A DNA stretch of 64,000 nucleotides, from contig CAZDVL010000001.1 in NCBI GenBank assembly GCA_964508745.1, forward strand, positions 2,603 to 66,602, given 5' to 3'. The stretch comes from an uncultured Anaerolineaceae bacterium. Lineage in GTDB: Bacteria; Chloroflexota; Anaerolineae; Aggregatilineales; Phototrophicaceae. This document shows, in pieces, positions 16,784 through 25,344 of the stretch. The notes beneath the pieces were generated by a model. The model was not told the origin of the DNA and searched no databases. It was given only the letters and a program-made list of their open reading frames with translations. The position numbers were made by a program, and so were the translations under genes. Position 1 is the first letter of the stretch; each line of letters opens with the position of its first letter.

Positions 16784-17464
16784 TTACGGCAGACCGGCGC
16801 ACCAGGGCGTTGTTTCCAGGTGCAGGCGCAGCCGGTGCACGCTGTGCGGCTGCTCGTGGACGCCCAGCTCAGCCAGCAGATCCCTGACGCGCAGGTTGCC
16901 GCGCTCGCCAGCGGCGATGTGTGCCAGCAGGGCGCCGCGCTCGTCCACCGTGAGTTCGTAGATCAGCGGGCGCAGGTCGGCTGAACGCGCCCGGCCTTTG
17001 TGCTCGCTGTGCTGCACGAGCGCCTCGGCGCCGAGCAGCGCGGCGACGCGGGCGCGCAGCTCGTCGGGTGCGGCGCCGTCGCTGAAGCGAATCTGGTATT
17101 CGGCGCTGCGCACCAGCGGTTGAAGCGCCGGCGCGCCGAGCGGCATTTCGTGGATGGCGTAAACGCGCAGCCCTTCCGGGCTGACCGCCGCCAGCCGGCC
17201 AGCTAACGTGCCCGGCGCGGTGGGCGCGCGCAGCGACACATCGAGCAGCTCGCACTCGCTGGTGATGCCCAGCGGCAGAGCGGACGCCAGCGCCATGCGC
17301 GGGCGGGTGTTAAAGCCGTGCGAATACTGAATGGGGATGTCGGCGCGGCGCAGCACGCGCTCCCAGATTTTCGCCAGGTCCAGGCTGCTGGTGTATTTCA
17401 AAGGGCCGGACTTGCCGAAACGGATCGCAAGGCGCTGTTGGGTGGGCTGGTGCTGGCTGCTCAT
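16784..17464 (-). CDS. Radical-SAM-associated protein (DUF2344 / TIGR03936-like)
   Basis: The sequence is MSSQHQPTQQRLAIRFGKSGPLKYTSSLDLAKIWERVLRRADIPIQYSHGFNTRPRMALASALPLGITSECELLDV.... I chose the inner ATG at 17464 (track start 17509). TATAAT (17477-17472) ends 7 nt before this ATG. Confidence 0.8.
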   Translation of the reverse strand: MSSQHQPTQQRLAIRFGKSGPLKYTSSLDLAKIWERVLRRADIPIQYSHGFNTRPRMALASALPLGITSECELLDVSLRAPTAPGTLAGRLAAVSPEGLRVYAIHEMPLGAPALQPLVRSAEYQIRFSDGAAPDELRARVAALLGAEALVQHSEHKGRARSADLRPLIYELTVDERGALLAHIAAGERGNLRVRDLLAELGVHEQPHSVHRLRLHLETTPWCAGLP

Positions 17465-17610
17465 GCCGCACATTATATCGCTACCAGTAAGGACATATGT
17501 AAGGTACAATCATCCTAGCACACAGGGCTGGCAGCCGGCCGCCGCGCGGCCGGCAGTTTCCGCCTGAACAGCGTATTCAGACCAGGGCCAGCAGCTTGCA
17601 GGGAAGGGCC

Positions 17611-18084
17611 ATGCGCGCGCGACAGACACAGCCAAAGCCGGCCTCCGCCGCCAGCCATGCGCGCCAGACACGGCGGCAGATTGTCCTGCCGGTGCTGGCG
17701 GGCGCGGCGTTAATCGCGCTGCTGGTCGGCGTTGTGCTGTGGTTGCCGCAGCGCCTGCAGGTGGGCATTGTCTCTGATTTCATGCTGACCGTGTTTATGC
17801 TGTGCCCGGCGGTGATCTGTCTGCTGCCGCTGACGATCCTGCTGCTGGTGGCGGCCTTTGGCGCGGGCCGGCTGCACGACCGCGCCGCGCCGCCGCTGCG
17901 CGGCCTGCAGGCACGCAGCGGGAAGCTCGCCGGGCTGGCAGATTCGGCTGCCGCGACAGTTAACCAGCGCACGGTCGTCTATGGGGCGCGGTTGGGCGCT
18001 GCGCTGCGTGTGCTGGATATTTTTGAAGACCCGCGACCTACCGCGACTGATGGAGAAGGCAAGGATGAACAAGGCACAGAGTGA
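17611..18084 (+). CDS. Hypothetical membrane protein (2-3 TM helices)
   Basis: I chose the inner ATG at 17611, which is preceded by GGGAAGG. Hydrophobic helices are IVLPVLAGAALIALLVGVVLWL and FMLTVFMLCPAVICLLPLTILLLVAAF. Third positions are GC-rich. Confidence 0.6.
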   Translation: MRARQTQPKPASAASHARQTRRQIVLPVLAGAALIALLVGVVLWLPQRLQVGIVSDFMLTVFMLCPAVICLLPLTILLLVAAFGAGRLHDRAAPPLRGLQARSGKLAGLADSAAATVNQRTVVYGARLGAALRVLDIFEDPRPTATDGEGKDEQGTE

Positions 18085-18322
18085 GCTTAACCTGCCCGAA
18101 GCCGCTGACAGTTGGAAAGCCCGGACCTACGGCATGGGCGTGATCGGCGGCGCGCTGTTCGGCCTGCTGGCGTCTTATCTTTACGCGCGCGCAGCCGACG
18201 AGAGCGCGCACCGCAACGCCGGCAGGCCGCCGGCGATCCCGACGGTAACGCTGATCGCCATGCTGCTGTCCGGGCTGGGCCTGATCCGGCAGATCGCCGA
18301 GGCGGGCAAACCGAAGGACTAG
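18065..18322 (+). CDS. Small hypothetical membrane protein (85 aa, 2 TM helices)
   Basis: I chose the inner ATG of track ORF 17858-18322, which is preceded by GGAGAAGGCAAGG. The protein reads MNKAQSELNLPEAADSWKARTYGMGVIGGALFGLLASYLY...TLIAMLLSGLGLIRQI. It overlaps the upstream gene by 20 nt. Confidence 0.55.
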   Translation: MNKAQSELNLPEAADSWKARTYGMGVIGGALFGLLASYLYARAADESAHRNAGRPPAIPTVTLIAMLLSGLGLIRQIAEAGKPKD

Positions 18323-18344
18323 GCGCGTTCAAGGGGATGCTGAA

Positions 18345-19010
18345 GTGTGCGGACGGTTTGTGCTGATTTCGGATGTTGACGCCCTGCAGTTGGCGTTCAA
18401 CCTGACGGATATTCCGCAGGCGCTGCCAGCGCGGTTCAACATTGCGCCGTCGCAGCCGGTGGCGGTCATCGCCAACGACGCGCCGCAGACGCTCGCCCTG
18501 TTCCGCTGGGGCCTGATCCCCTTCTGGGCCAAGGACGCGGGCATCGGCGCCAGCCTGATCAACGCCCGCGCGGAGACCGCCGCCGAGAAACCCGCTTTTC
18601 GCGCGGCGTTCAAGCGGCGGCGCTGCCTGATCCCGGCGGACGGTTTTTTCGAGTGGCAGAAGACCGACCGGGGCAAGACGCCGCTGTTTATTCACCTGCG
18701 CGACCGGCGGCCGTTTGCCTTCGCCGGGCTGTGGGAGGTCTGGTTCAGCCCCGAAGGCGACGAGCTGCGCACCTGCACCATCCTCACCACATCCCCGAAC
18801 AGCTTTATGGAGCCGATCCACAGCCGCATGCCGGTGATTCTGCCGCCTGAGGACTATGCTGCCTGGCTGCTGCCGGACGAACAGCCGGCGGCGGCGCTGC
18901 TGCCGCTGCTGCGGCCTTACGACCCCGGCCAGATGGCGGCCTACGCGGTGTCAACGTTCGTCAACAACCCGCGCAACGACACGCCGGAGTGCATCGAACA
19001 GGCGGGTTAG
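18345..19010 (+). CDS. SOS-response-associated peptidase (SRAP / YedK-HMCES family, abasic-site crosslinking protein)
   Basis: The protein starts MCGRF (catalytic Cys2) and contains NIAPSQPV, RWGLIPFWAKD, INARAETAAEKPAFR, CLIPADGFFEW and PFAFAGLWE. Confidence 0.9.
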   Translation: MCGRFVLISDVDALQLAFNLTDIPQALPARFNIAPSQPVAVIANDAPQTLALFRWGLIPFWAKDAGIGASLINARAETAAEKPAFRAAFKRRRCLIPADGFFEWQKTDRGKTPLFIHLRDRRPFAFAGLWEVWFSPEGDELRTCTILTTSPNSFMEPIHSRMPVILPPEDYAAWLLPDEQPAAALLPLLRPYDPGQMAAYAVSTFVNNPRNDTPECIEQAG

Positions 19011-21547
19011 CCGCTGCCGGTGCGCTTGTCGATCTCCATTTTGAAGGGGTCCTCGCCGGGCTTGATGAGCACGCGGCGGCTGCGGCCGCCGGCTTCGGGC
19101 GGCCCGATGACGCGAAGCTCGTACATCAGGTCAATCAGGCGGGCGGCCCGCGGGTAGCCCAGGCCCATTTTGCGCTGAATGAGCGAGGCCGACGCTTCCC
19201 CTTCCTGAATCACCAGCTCAATCGCTTCTTCCAGCATCGGGTCGGTTTCCGACAGGATTTCGCGCCGCGTGACGCCGCGCTCCCAGGGGCCGATCATCGA
19301 CGGCGCGGCCATGCTGCCCCCGGCGATCTGTTCCTTGTGCCAGGTCTTCCAGTGGGTGAGGACCGCCCGCACCTCGTCGTCGGAGACGAAACAGCCCTGA
19401 ATGCGGCGCGGGCCGGCGGCGTCGTTGGCCAGAAACAGCATGTCGCCGTTGCCCAGCAGGTTTTCCGCGCCGCCGGTGTCCAGAATAACGCGCGAGTCGA
19501 CGCCGGTGGCGACGGCGAAGGACATGCGGGTCGGGAAGTTGGCCTTGATGAGGCCGGTGATCACGTCCACGCTGGGGCGCTGTGTGGCGACGATCAGGTG
19601 CATGCCGACCGCGCGCGCCATCTGCGCCAGCCGCGTGATGGTTTTTTCGGTTTCGTCCGGCTGGCTCAGCATCAGGTCGCCGATTTCATCCACCAGAATC
19701 ACAATGTAGGGCAGGCGCTCGCTTTGCTGCCGGCGGCCCAGCCGGGCGTTGTAGGTGTCAATGTTGCGCGCGGCATGTTCCTCAAGCAGTTTGTAACGCC
19801 GGTCCATCTCGCGCGTGCACCAGCGCAGCACACCGATAATGCGCTCCTGGTCGGTTTCGACCGGGCCAATCAGGTGCGGCAGCCCGTTGAAGCGGCTGAG
19901 TTCGACCATCTTCGGGTCGAGCATAATCAGCTTGAGGGTGTCGGGCGTGTTGTTCATGATGAGGGCGGTGGCGACGGCGGCGATCGCCACCGACTTGCCC
20001 GAACCGGTTGTGCCCGCGATCAGCAGGTGCGGCATCTGGCCGATGTCGGCTGCAACCGGGACGCCGGCCACGTCGCGCCCCAGGGGGATCAGCAGGGGCG
20101 ATTTTTTCTTCTGCGCCAGGTTGTGATAGGCGCGGCTTTCGAAGATGGCGCGCAGCGTGACGAGCTGCGGGTTGCGGTTGGGCACTTCGATGCCGATATA
20201 GTTCTGGCCGGGAACGGGCGTCTCCAGCCGCAGGCGTTTGGCCGCCAGCGACAGCGCCAGGTCGCTGGAAAGCGACGCGATCTTCCTGACGCGCGTGCGG
20301 TTGAAAACTGATTCGCCTTCTTCGGAAACCTTTTCCTTGAAGGGCTGCACCGCGTAGCGCGTCACCGTCGGGCCGATCTGCACGTCAACCACATCCACGT
20401 CAATGTCAAATTCCAGCAGCGTGTTTTCGATCAGCACCACATTGGTGTTGATCTCAAGCTCGTCGGGCGGGTTAGTGTTGACATCGCGCAGCAGATCAAG
20501 CTGGGGCAGCGGCTGTTCGCGGCGGACACCCTGTTTCGGTTCCGCCATGCTTTCGACGCTGAAATAGCGTTTCAGACGGCCGTCGGGGCGCTCCACCATC
20601 TGCGGATCGTCCTTGCGCTGCTTTTTCCTGAGCGTGCCGATGGCGTTAAATTCCGGGATGATGTGTTCGACCGGCGGCCGGTCGGTGATTTCGTGGAGGG
20701 CCGCCGGAGCTTCGCCGCGGGCGGCGGGCGGCGCGGCCTCTGTGCGCGGGCCGGGCCGCTGTGAGGGCGGCAGATGCCGGGGGTCTGGCCGGATGTGGAT
20801 GATGTTCACGCGGCGCTGGTCTGGCCGGGGCGCGGCGGCGGGCGGGGCGGGCGCGGCCGCCGCTGGGCGCGGCGGCTCAGGGATGTTCAGCAGGCTTTGG
20901 CCGAGCGCGCGCAGCCGCTGGCTGGCGGCCGTCAGCAGGCGCAGCAGGTGGCGGCGGCGGACGCCAATGACCGCCAGCGCACACAGCACGAACAGCACAC
21001 CATACATGAAAAAGGCGAACGCTGAGCTGAGCAGGCCGCCGACGACCATGCTGAGGCCCCAGCCGACGATGCCGCCCCCGACGCCGGCGCGGGCCACGGC
21101 CCGCCATTCGGTGTCGCCAGACACCAGGTGCAGCAGCGCCAGCAGCGCCAGGAAGCCGATTTCCAGCGCCAGAACGCGGTGGGCGGGCAGGTGCACTTTG
21201 ACCCCCGCCTTGGGCAGCAGGATCAGCACGCCCAGCGCCAGGATGCCGCCGGCCACCACCAGGCTGCCATAGCCGAACAGGCTGGTCAGAGCGGCTGACC
21301 AGGCCCGCGAGATGGTGGCGTCGGACGAGACATCGAACAGCGACAGAAACGAGACGATGCCGAACACGATCAGCACAACGGCGGCGATCTCATCGCCCCA
21401 GGGCGGGATGCTGTCCAGGATGCGATCCCAGAACTCTGGTTTTACCGTATAGCGGCCCTGAAACGGGTCGGTGGGCGGCGCCGGTTTCTCTGGCGGCGTG
21501 TGGGGGGCTGTTTTGCCTGTCTTTCTTGAAGCCACGCAGCGGCTCAC
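19007..21547 (-). CDS. ftsK: DNA translocase FtsK/SpoIIIE
   Basis: It has N-terminal TM helices, a Pro/Ala-rich linker, the motor domain motifs HLLIAGTTGSGKSV (Walker A) and YIVILVDEIGDLM (Walker B), and a C-terminal winged-helix gamma domain (ASASLIQRKMGLGYPRAARLID). The track start is a GTG; the GTG four codons downstream (21535) has better SD spacing. Confidence 0.9.
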   Translation of the reverse strand: MSRCVASRKTGKTAPHTPPEKPAPPTDPFQGRYTVKPEFWDRILDSIPPWGDEIAAVVLIVFGIVSFLSLFDVSSDATISRAWSAALTSLFGYGSLVVAGGILALGVLILLPKAGVKVHLPAHRVLALEIGFLALLALLHLVSGDTEWRAVARAGVGGGIVGWGLSMVVGGLLSSAFAFFMYGVLFVLCALAVIGVRRRHLLRLLTAASQRLRALGQSLLNIPEPPRPAAAAPAPPAAAPRPDQRRVNIIHIRPDPRHLPPSQRPGPRTEAAPPAARGEAPAALHEITDRPPVEHIIPEFNAIGTLRKKQRKDDPQMVERPDGRLKRYFSVESMAEPKQGVRREQPLPQLDLLRDVNTNPPDELEINTNVVLIENTLLEFDIDVDVVDVQIGPTVTRYAVQPFKEKVSEEGESVFNRTRVRKIASLSSDLALSLAAKRLRLETPVPGQNYIGIEVPNRNPQLVTLRAIFESRAYHNLAQKKKSPLLIPLGRDVAGVPVAADIGQMPHLLIAGTTGSGKSVAIAAVATALIMNNTPDTLKLIMLDPKMVELSRFNGLPHLIGPVETDQERIIGVLRWCTREMDRRYKLLEEHAARNIDTYNARLGRRQQSERLPYIVILVDEIGDLMLSQPDETEKTITRLAQMARAVGMHLIVATQRPSVDVITGLIKANFPTRMSFAVATGVDSRVILDTGGAENLLGNGDMLFLANDAAGPRRIQGCFVSDDEVRAVLTHWKTWHKEQIAGGSMAAPSMIGPWERGVTRREILSETDPMLEEAIELVIQEGEASASLIQRKMGLGYPRAARLIDLMYELRVIGPPEAGGRSRRVLIKPGEDPFKMEIDKRTGSG

Positions 21548-21592
21548 TCCCTTGCTAACGCTCCAGGTTGATTATACTGGACATTGGCGCGA

Positions 21593-21622
21593 CAAAAAGG
21601 CCGCACCTGTGCCAGGCGCGGC
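21593..21622 (-). terminator. Intrinsic terminator after the S1-domain gene
   Basis: On the minus-strand RNA a 9-bp stem (21614-21622 pairs with 21600-21608, one G-U) with a 5-nt loop is followed by UUUUU (21598-21594). A TATAAT (21576-21571) for ftsK follows. Confidence 0.6.
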
Positions 21623-21646
21623 TGTGCTGTAGGCGGGGAAGCGCGT

Positions 21647-22642
21647 TCAGGGGGTCAGGCGCAGGCTCAGGCCCAGGCGGCGCGCGTGGCTGTCGATACT
21701 GAGGATGCGCGCGCGGATATGCTGGCCTTCGGTGACGACGTTGCGCGGGTGCAGGAAGTGCCCTTCGGCCAGCTCGGACACATGGATCAGCCCCTCAAGC
21801 CCCTCCTCAATGCAGGCAAAGGCCCCGAAGTCAACCACGTTGGTGATCGTCCCGACCACCATTTCGCCGATGCGGTAGCGCTCGCCCACGGTTTCCCAGG
21901 GGTCCGGGTACAGCCGCTTGAGGCTGAGCGCGATGCGGCCGTTCTCGCGGTCCACGTTCAGCACATGGACTTTGACCTGCTGCCCCCGTTTGAGCATGTC
22001 TGCCGGATGGCCGACGCGCCCCCAACTCAGCTCGCTGATGTGGATCAGCCCCTCAAGCCCGCCCAGATCAACGAAAGCGCCAAAATCGCACAGGTTCGTG
22101 ATGTTGCCGTGGGCGCAGTCGCCAGGGGCAAGGTGCGACAGGATGTGCGCGCGCTCGCCGGCCTCCACGCGCGCCGCGCGTTCGGAGAGAATCAGCCGGT
22201 TCTGGTCGGGATTCAGCTCGATAATGCGCAGATTCAGCGTTTGGCCGACGTAGCGCGTCAGCGCGCCGCGGCGCACCAGCGTGTTGGGCGTAGACGGAAA
22301 ATCAACAAGCTGGCTGGCCGGGACAAAGCCGCGCAGGCTGCGCCATTCAACCAGCAGCCCGCCCCGGTTATAGCCAATCACGGGCAGCGGGACGACTTCA
22401 TCCGCCGCCATAACACGCTCCAGCTCGTCCCAGTTACAGTCATTCCTGCCGGCGTGTTCCGTGTAGGGTGGAAAGCTGTCAGCGATGCCGCTGTAATCTT
22501 CACTGCTGGCGCGGGCCTGCACCTCACTGTCAACCTGCTGCACTGCTACAGGTTCGGCGTACTCCCCCTCTTGAAGTAACGCTTTCCAGTAGCCTTCTTC
22601 CAGTGGCGGTGGGGCAATATCTTCCTGCCGCTGCAAACTCAT
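21647..22642 (-). CDS. S1 RNA-binding domain protein (three S1 repeats; ribosomal-protein-S1-like)
   Basis: The repeats include GYNRGGLLVEWRSLRGFVPASQL, ...NITNLCDFGAFVDLGGLEGLIHISEL and ...GTITNVVDFGAFACIEEGLEGLIHVSEL. I moved the start to ATG 22642 (MSLQRQ...) because GGGAAGG is 10 nt upstream of it but abuts the track start at 22651. Confidence 0.85.
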   Translation of the reverse strand: MSLQRQEDIAPPPLEEGYWKALLQEGEYAEPVAVQQVDSEVQARASSEDYSGIADSFPPYTEHAGRNDCNWDELERVMAADEVVPLPVIGYNRGGLLVEWRSLRGFVPASQLVDFPSTPNTLVRRGALTRYVGQTLNLRIIELNPDQNRLILSERAARVEAGERAHILSHLAPGDCAHGNITNLCDFGAFVDLGGLEGLIHISELSWGRVGHPADMLKRGQQVKVHVLNVDRENGRIALSLKRLYPDPWETVGERYRIGEMVVGTITNVVDFGAFACIEEGLEGLIHVSELAEGHFLHPRNVVTEGQHIRARILSIDSHARRLGLSLRLTP

Positions 22643-22725
22643 GGATATCATACCTTCCCTCTAAGATATGCTGCACACTCTAACGCATGTCGCCTGCCTG
22701 GTTAATAAACCCTGGTCTATCCAAA

Positions 22726-22754
22726 ATTATAAAATCCTGATTTTGCGCTGTCAA
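22726..22754 (-). promoter_or_regulatory. Consensus sigma-70-type promoter TTGACA-17 nt-TATAAT (minus strand)
   Basis: TTGACA lies at 22754-22749, the spacer is exactly 17 nt, and TATAAT lies at 22731-22726. The element sits in an AT-rich island about 85 nt upstream of the S1-domain gene start. Confidence 0.7.
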
Positions 22755-22793
22755 ACCCGGCGGGCTTAATGCGGAATCCAGGGGGAAGGGGGG

Positions 22794-24767
22794 TCAGGTC
22801 TGTGCCTGAGCGCGTTCCATGTCCATGATTGTATCAGCTACGGCGTCAATGGCGACACGCTGCTTGCGAAACAGATCGGGTTCGCTCAGCGCCAGGCGGG
22901 CGGCCGCTTCGCGCACTTTCAGCCGTTCGACAAACCGCATGTGCAGGATGTTGTAGATGGTCCATTCGGGGCTGAGCAGCTTGCGCTCCCCTTCGGGGCG
23001 CTGGCTCTCGATGGCGGCGGCCATGACGGCGCGCAGGGCGCGCACGGCGTTGTTGTCGTTGTCGGGCAGGGCGCTGTGGACGATGCCGAGTTCCAGCAGC
23101 CGGCTGTGTGTCAGGCCGGGGCCGCCCCAGTAGTGGCGCAGGGCGGCGCGCACCTGCTCCACGAACAGCTCGCGCTCGCTGAACAGGTCGTTCTCGCCGT
23201 TGGTGTCGGCCGTGCGCGGGTCGCTGCGCGCGCCGCCGGCGCGGCCCGTGCGATATTCGACTTCGGCGGCGCGGCTGCGCGTGATGTTGATCTGCGGCAG
23301 CAGCCCCTCCAGCGCCGCGTAGATCTCGGTTTGCAGCGCGAGGTCGTCGAGCGTGCGGGCGGCGCGGCGGGCGAACGTGCGCAGCGCGCGCCGCTCATCC
23401 GGGTTGAGGTCGGGCTGCGCCGCGCGGGCCTGCACGGCCAGGAAGCCGATGCCGGTGTCGGCCGCTTCGTCTGCTGGGCGCCGCCGGGTATATAACGGGA
23501 CCAACCAGAAGGTATGCCAGGGCAGCAGCGTCAGGCTGTCGCTGTTCTGGACGCCGTCAACGCCTTTTTCGAACAGGCGGATGAGCGCGTCTGCTTCGCC
23601 GGCCAGCAGGGTTTCGCTGGGGCGCGCCGGCCCGACCGCCGCCGTCAGCTCTGGCGCGCCTTCGGTGAACGCCACGATGAAGGCGGTGTTGACCTGGAGG
23701 TAGTCGCAGCTCGCGGCCAGGATCGCCTCGAGCAGTTGAATCAGGTCGCTGCGGGTGAGAATCTGCTCGCTGAGGTCCTGAATCTGGCTGAGGCGTTCGT
23801 CATCCTCATCGGGATAGATCAGCCGTTTTTCCAGCCAGGGCAGCGCCAGGTGGACGCTCCACTGCCACAGAAGCACGACGGCCACGACCGCGAAGGGCAT
23901 GAAGCTCTGGCCGGGCAGCCCAAGGATGCGGGTGGCGGGCGTTGTGAAGATGATGACTGCCAGGGCGAGCAGGCCGGTCGCCGGGCCGCGCAGCACGAAC
24001 CGCAGCAGCTCGGTTTTCACGACGCGATCGGGCACGCGCGAGCCGAAGAACGAGAGCGGATAGGCCAGAAACAGCAGCATCAGGATGACGACGATGTTGG
24101 CGACGTTGACCAGCAGCAGGCCAACCAGCGTGAATTCCTGCCCCGGCAGGAACAGCACCGAGAACGGAAAGATGCCCAGCGCCGGCGTGATCAGGGCGAA
24201 CTGCAGGTACGCCATGCGCCGGCGCGTGTCGCGCGTGAGGCAGCGCTGGCGCGCCCGCTGGACGTTCACCAGCGCGGTGCCGACCGCCAGCACAAAATAC
24301 AGCAGGTAAACCGGAAACAGCGGGCCAGCGCGCAGGCCAACGTCCAGCCCGTTGCGCGCTGGCTGGACGAGGATGTTGGTGAACGCCGCCGCGACGATGA
24401 ACGTCGCGCCGATGGCGTACAAGGTGCGCGACACGCGCCGCCGCCGCCCGCGAGAGGGCAGCCCGGTGGTCGCCAGCAGCGCATCTGACAGGTGGAACAT
24501 GCCCGCGGGCATCAGCGCGATGCCGATCCACTGGAGGCGCAGCACCGCCTCAAAGACGCCGGGGCTGGGCTGTAACGACGCAAAGACATCGCTGATATAG
24601 GTGATGGTGACGCACGCCAGCACGATGCTTGAGGTGCGCGCCACGTGGTCGCGCAGGTTGCGCGTCAGGTTGTACAGCAGCAGCGAGGCGGTGACGATCA
24701 CGGTCGCGGCGGTCAGGGTTTCGTTCGAAAGGTCGAGAAACGTCTTGAGCAGGTTTTCCACTTCCAC
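22794..24767 (-). CDS. Polytopic membrane protein (about 8-9 TM, HisKA_7TM-like) with a cytoplasmic GAF-like middle and a sigma-70-region-4-like HTH C-terminus
   Basis: In this 657-aa ORF the first 310 aa or so are hydrophobic helices. The C-terminus reads ...LLSPEWTIYNILHMRFVERLKVREAAARLALSEPDLFRKQRVAIDAVADTIMDME, a helix-turn-helix pattern. I see no kinase H-box or ATPase motifs. Confidence 0.7.
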   Translation of the reverse strand: MEVENLLKTFLDLSNETLTAATVIVTASLLLYNLTRNLRDHVARTSSIVLACVTITYISDVFASLQPSPGVFEAVLRLQWIGIALMPAGMFHLSDALLATTGLPSRGRRRRVSRTLYAIGATFIVAAAFTNILVQPARNGLDVGLRAGPLFPVYLLYFVLAVGTALVNVQRARQRCLTRDTRRRMAYLQFALITPALGIFPFSVLFLPGQEFTLVGLLLVNVANIVVILMLLFLAYPLSFFGSRVPDRVVKTELLRFVLRGPATGLLALAVIIFTTPATRILGLPGQSFMPFAVVAVVLLWQWSVHLALPWLEKRLIYPDEDDERLSQIQDLSEQILTRSDLIQLLEAILAASCDYLQVNTAFIVAFTEGAPELTAAVGPARPSETLLAGEADALIRLFEKGVDGVQNSDSLTLLPWHTFWLVPLYTRRRPADEAADTGIGFLAVQARAAQPDLNPDERRALRTFARRAARTLDDLALQTEIYAALEGLLPQINITRSRAAEVEYRTGRAGGARSDPRTADTNGENDLFSERELFVEQVRAALRHYWGGPGLTHSRLLELGIVHSALPDNDNNAVRALRAVMAAAIESQRPEGERKLLSPEWTIYNILHMRFVERLKVREAAARLALSEPDLFRKQRVAIDAVADTIMDMERAQAQT

Positions 24768-24786
24768 CGCGCGGCCCTCCCCCTGG

Positions 24787-25341
24787 TTAGCGCAGCGTCT
24801 GGCAGAAAAAGATCGCTATGTCCCGGTTAGGATAGTAGTGGTCGTTGAAGCCACAGAACTTAAAACCGGCCTGCTGGCAGAACGTTATGGCGGGGTGATT
24901 CTTGGTTTGCAGCTCGATGTTGAGCTGTTTGAGGCCGCGCTCGCCCGCCCACTGGCGCGCCACGTTGAGCAGCCGCGTGCCGATGCGGTGGTGGCGGTAT
25001 GGGCGCGAGACGATCAGGTCGTGGACATGCGCCAGGCCATACGAGGGGTCGCTGCGCATCGCCAGATAGCCGAGCACCTCAGCCGCCTCGCGGCGGGCCG
25101 CGACCAGGAAACAGTGATCGCCGGCCAGCGAAAGGCGCAGGCGGTCGGCGTGGGGCTGGCAGGTCGCCTCCATGGTGCGCGGCAGGCGCTCGGTTTTGAA
25201 CACGACCTGGCGCTGGCTGCTGTCCTCTGTGGCCGTCATCTGCCAGACGCGGTCGGTCTCGTAGGTGTGGTCGAGCGCGAGGCAGGGCTGGATGTCGGCG
25301 GCGAGGGCGTCACGGATGACGAAGCTGATCACGGTGGACAT
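24787..25341 (-). CDS. GNAT-family N-acetyltransferase
   Basis: The acetyl-CoA binding motif is LIVSRPYRHHRIGTRLLNVARQWAGERG, followed by FCQQAGFKFCG. Confidence 0.85.
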   Translation of the reverse strand: MSTVISFVIRDALAADIQPCLALDHTYETDRVWQMTATEDSSQRQVVFKTERLPRTMEATCQPHADRLRLSLAGDHCFLVAARREAAEVLGYLAMRSDPSYGLAHVHDLIVSRPYRHHRIGTRLLNVARQWAGERGLKQLNIELQTKNHPAITFCQQAGFKFCGFNDHYYPNRDIAIFFCQTLR

Positions 25342-25344
25342 TGT

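Noticed and set aside
17534-17554. A perfect 9-bp GC hairpin (GCCGGCCGC-cgc-GCGGCCGGC) in the divergent region between the DUF2344 gene and the membrane-protein gene.
   Set aside because: It is not followed by a usable U-tract on either strand, and no upstream gene reads into it, so it is not a terminator. It may simply be a GC-rich palindrome in a 5' UTR. I have no basis for assigning a function.
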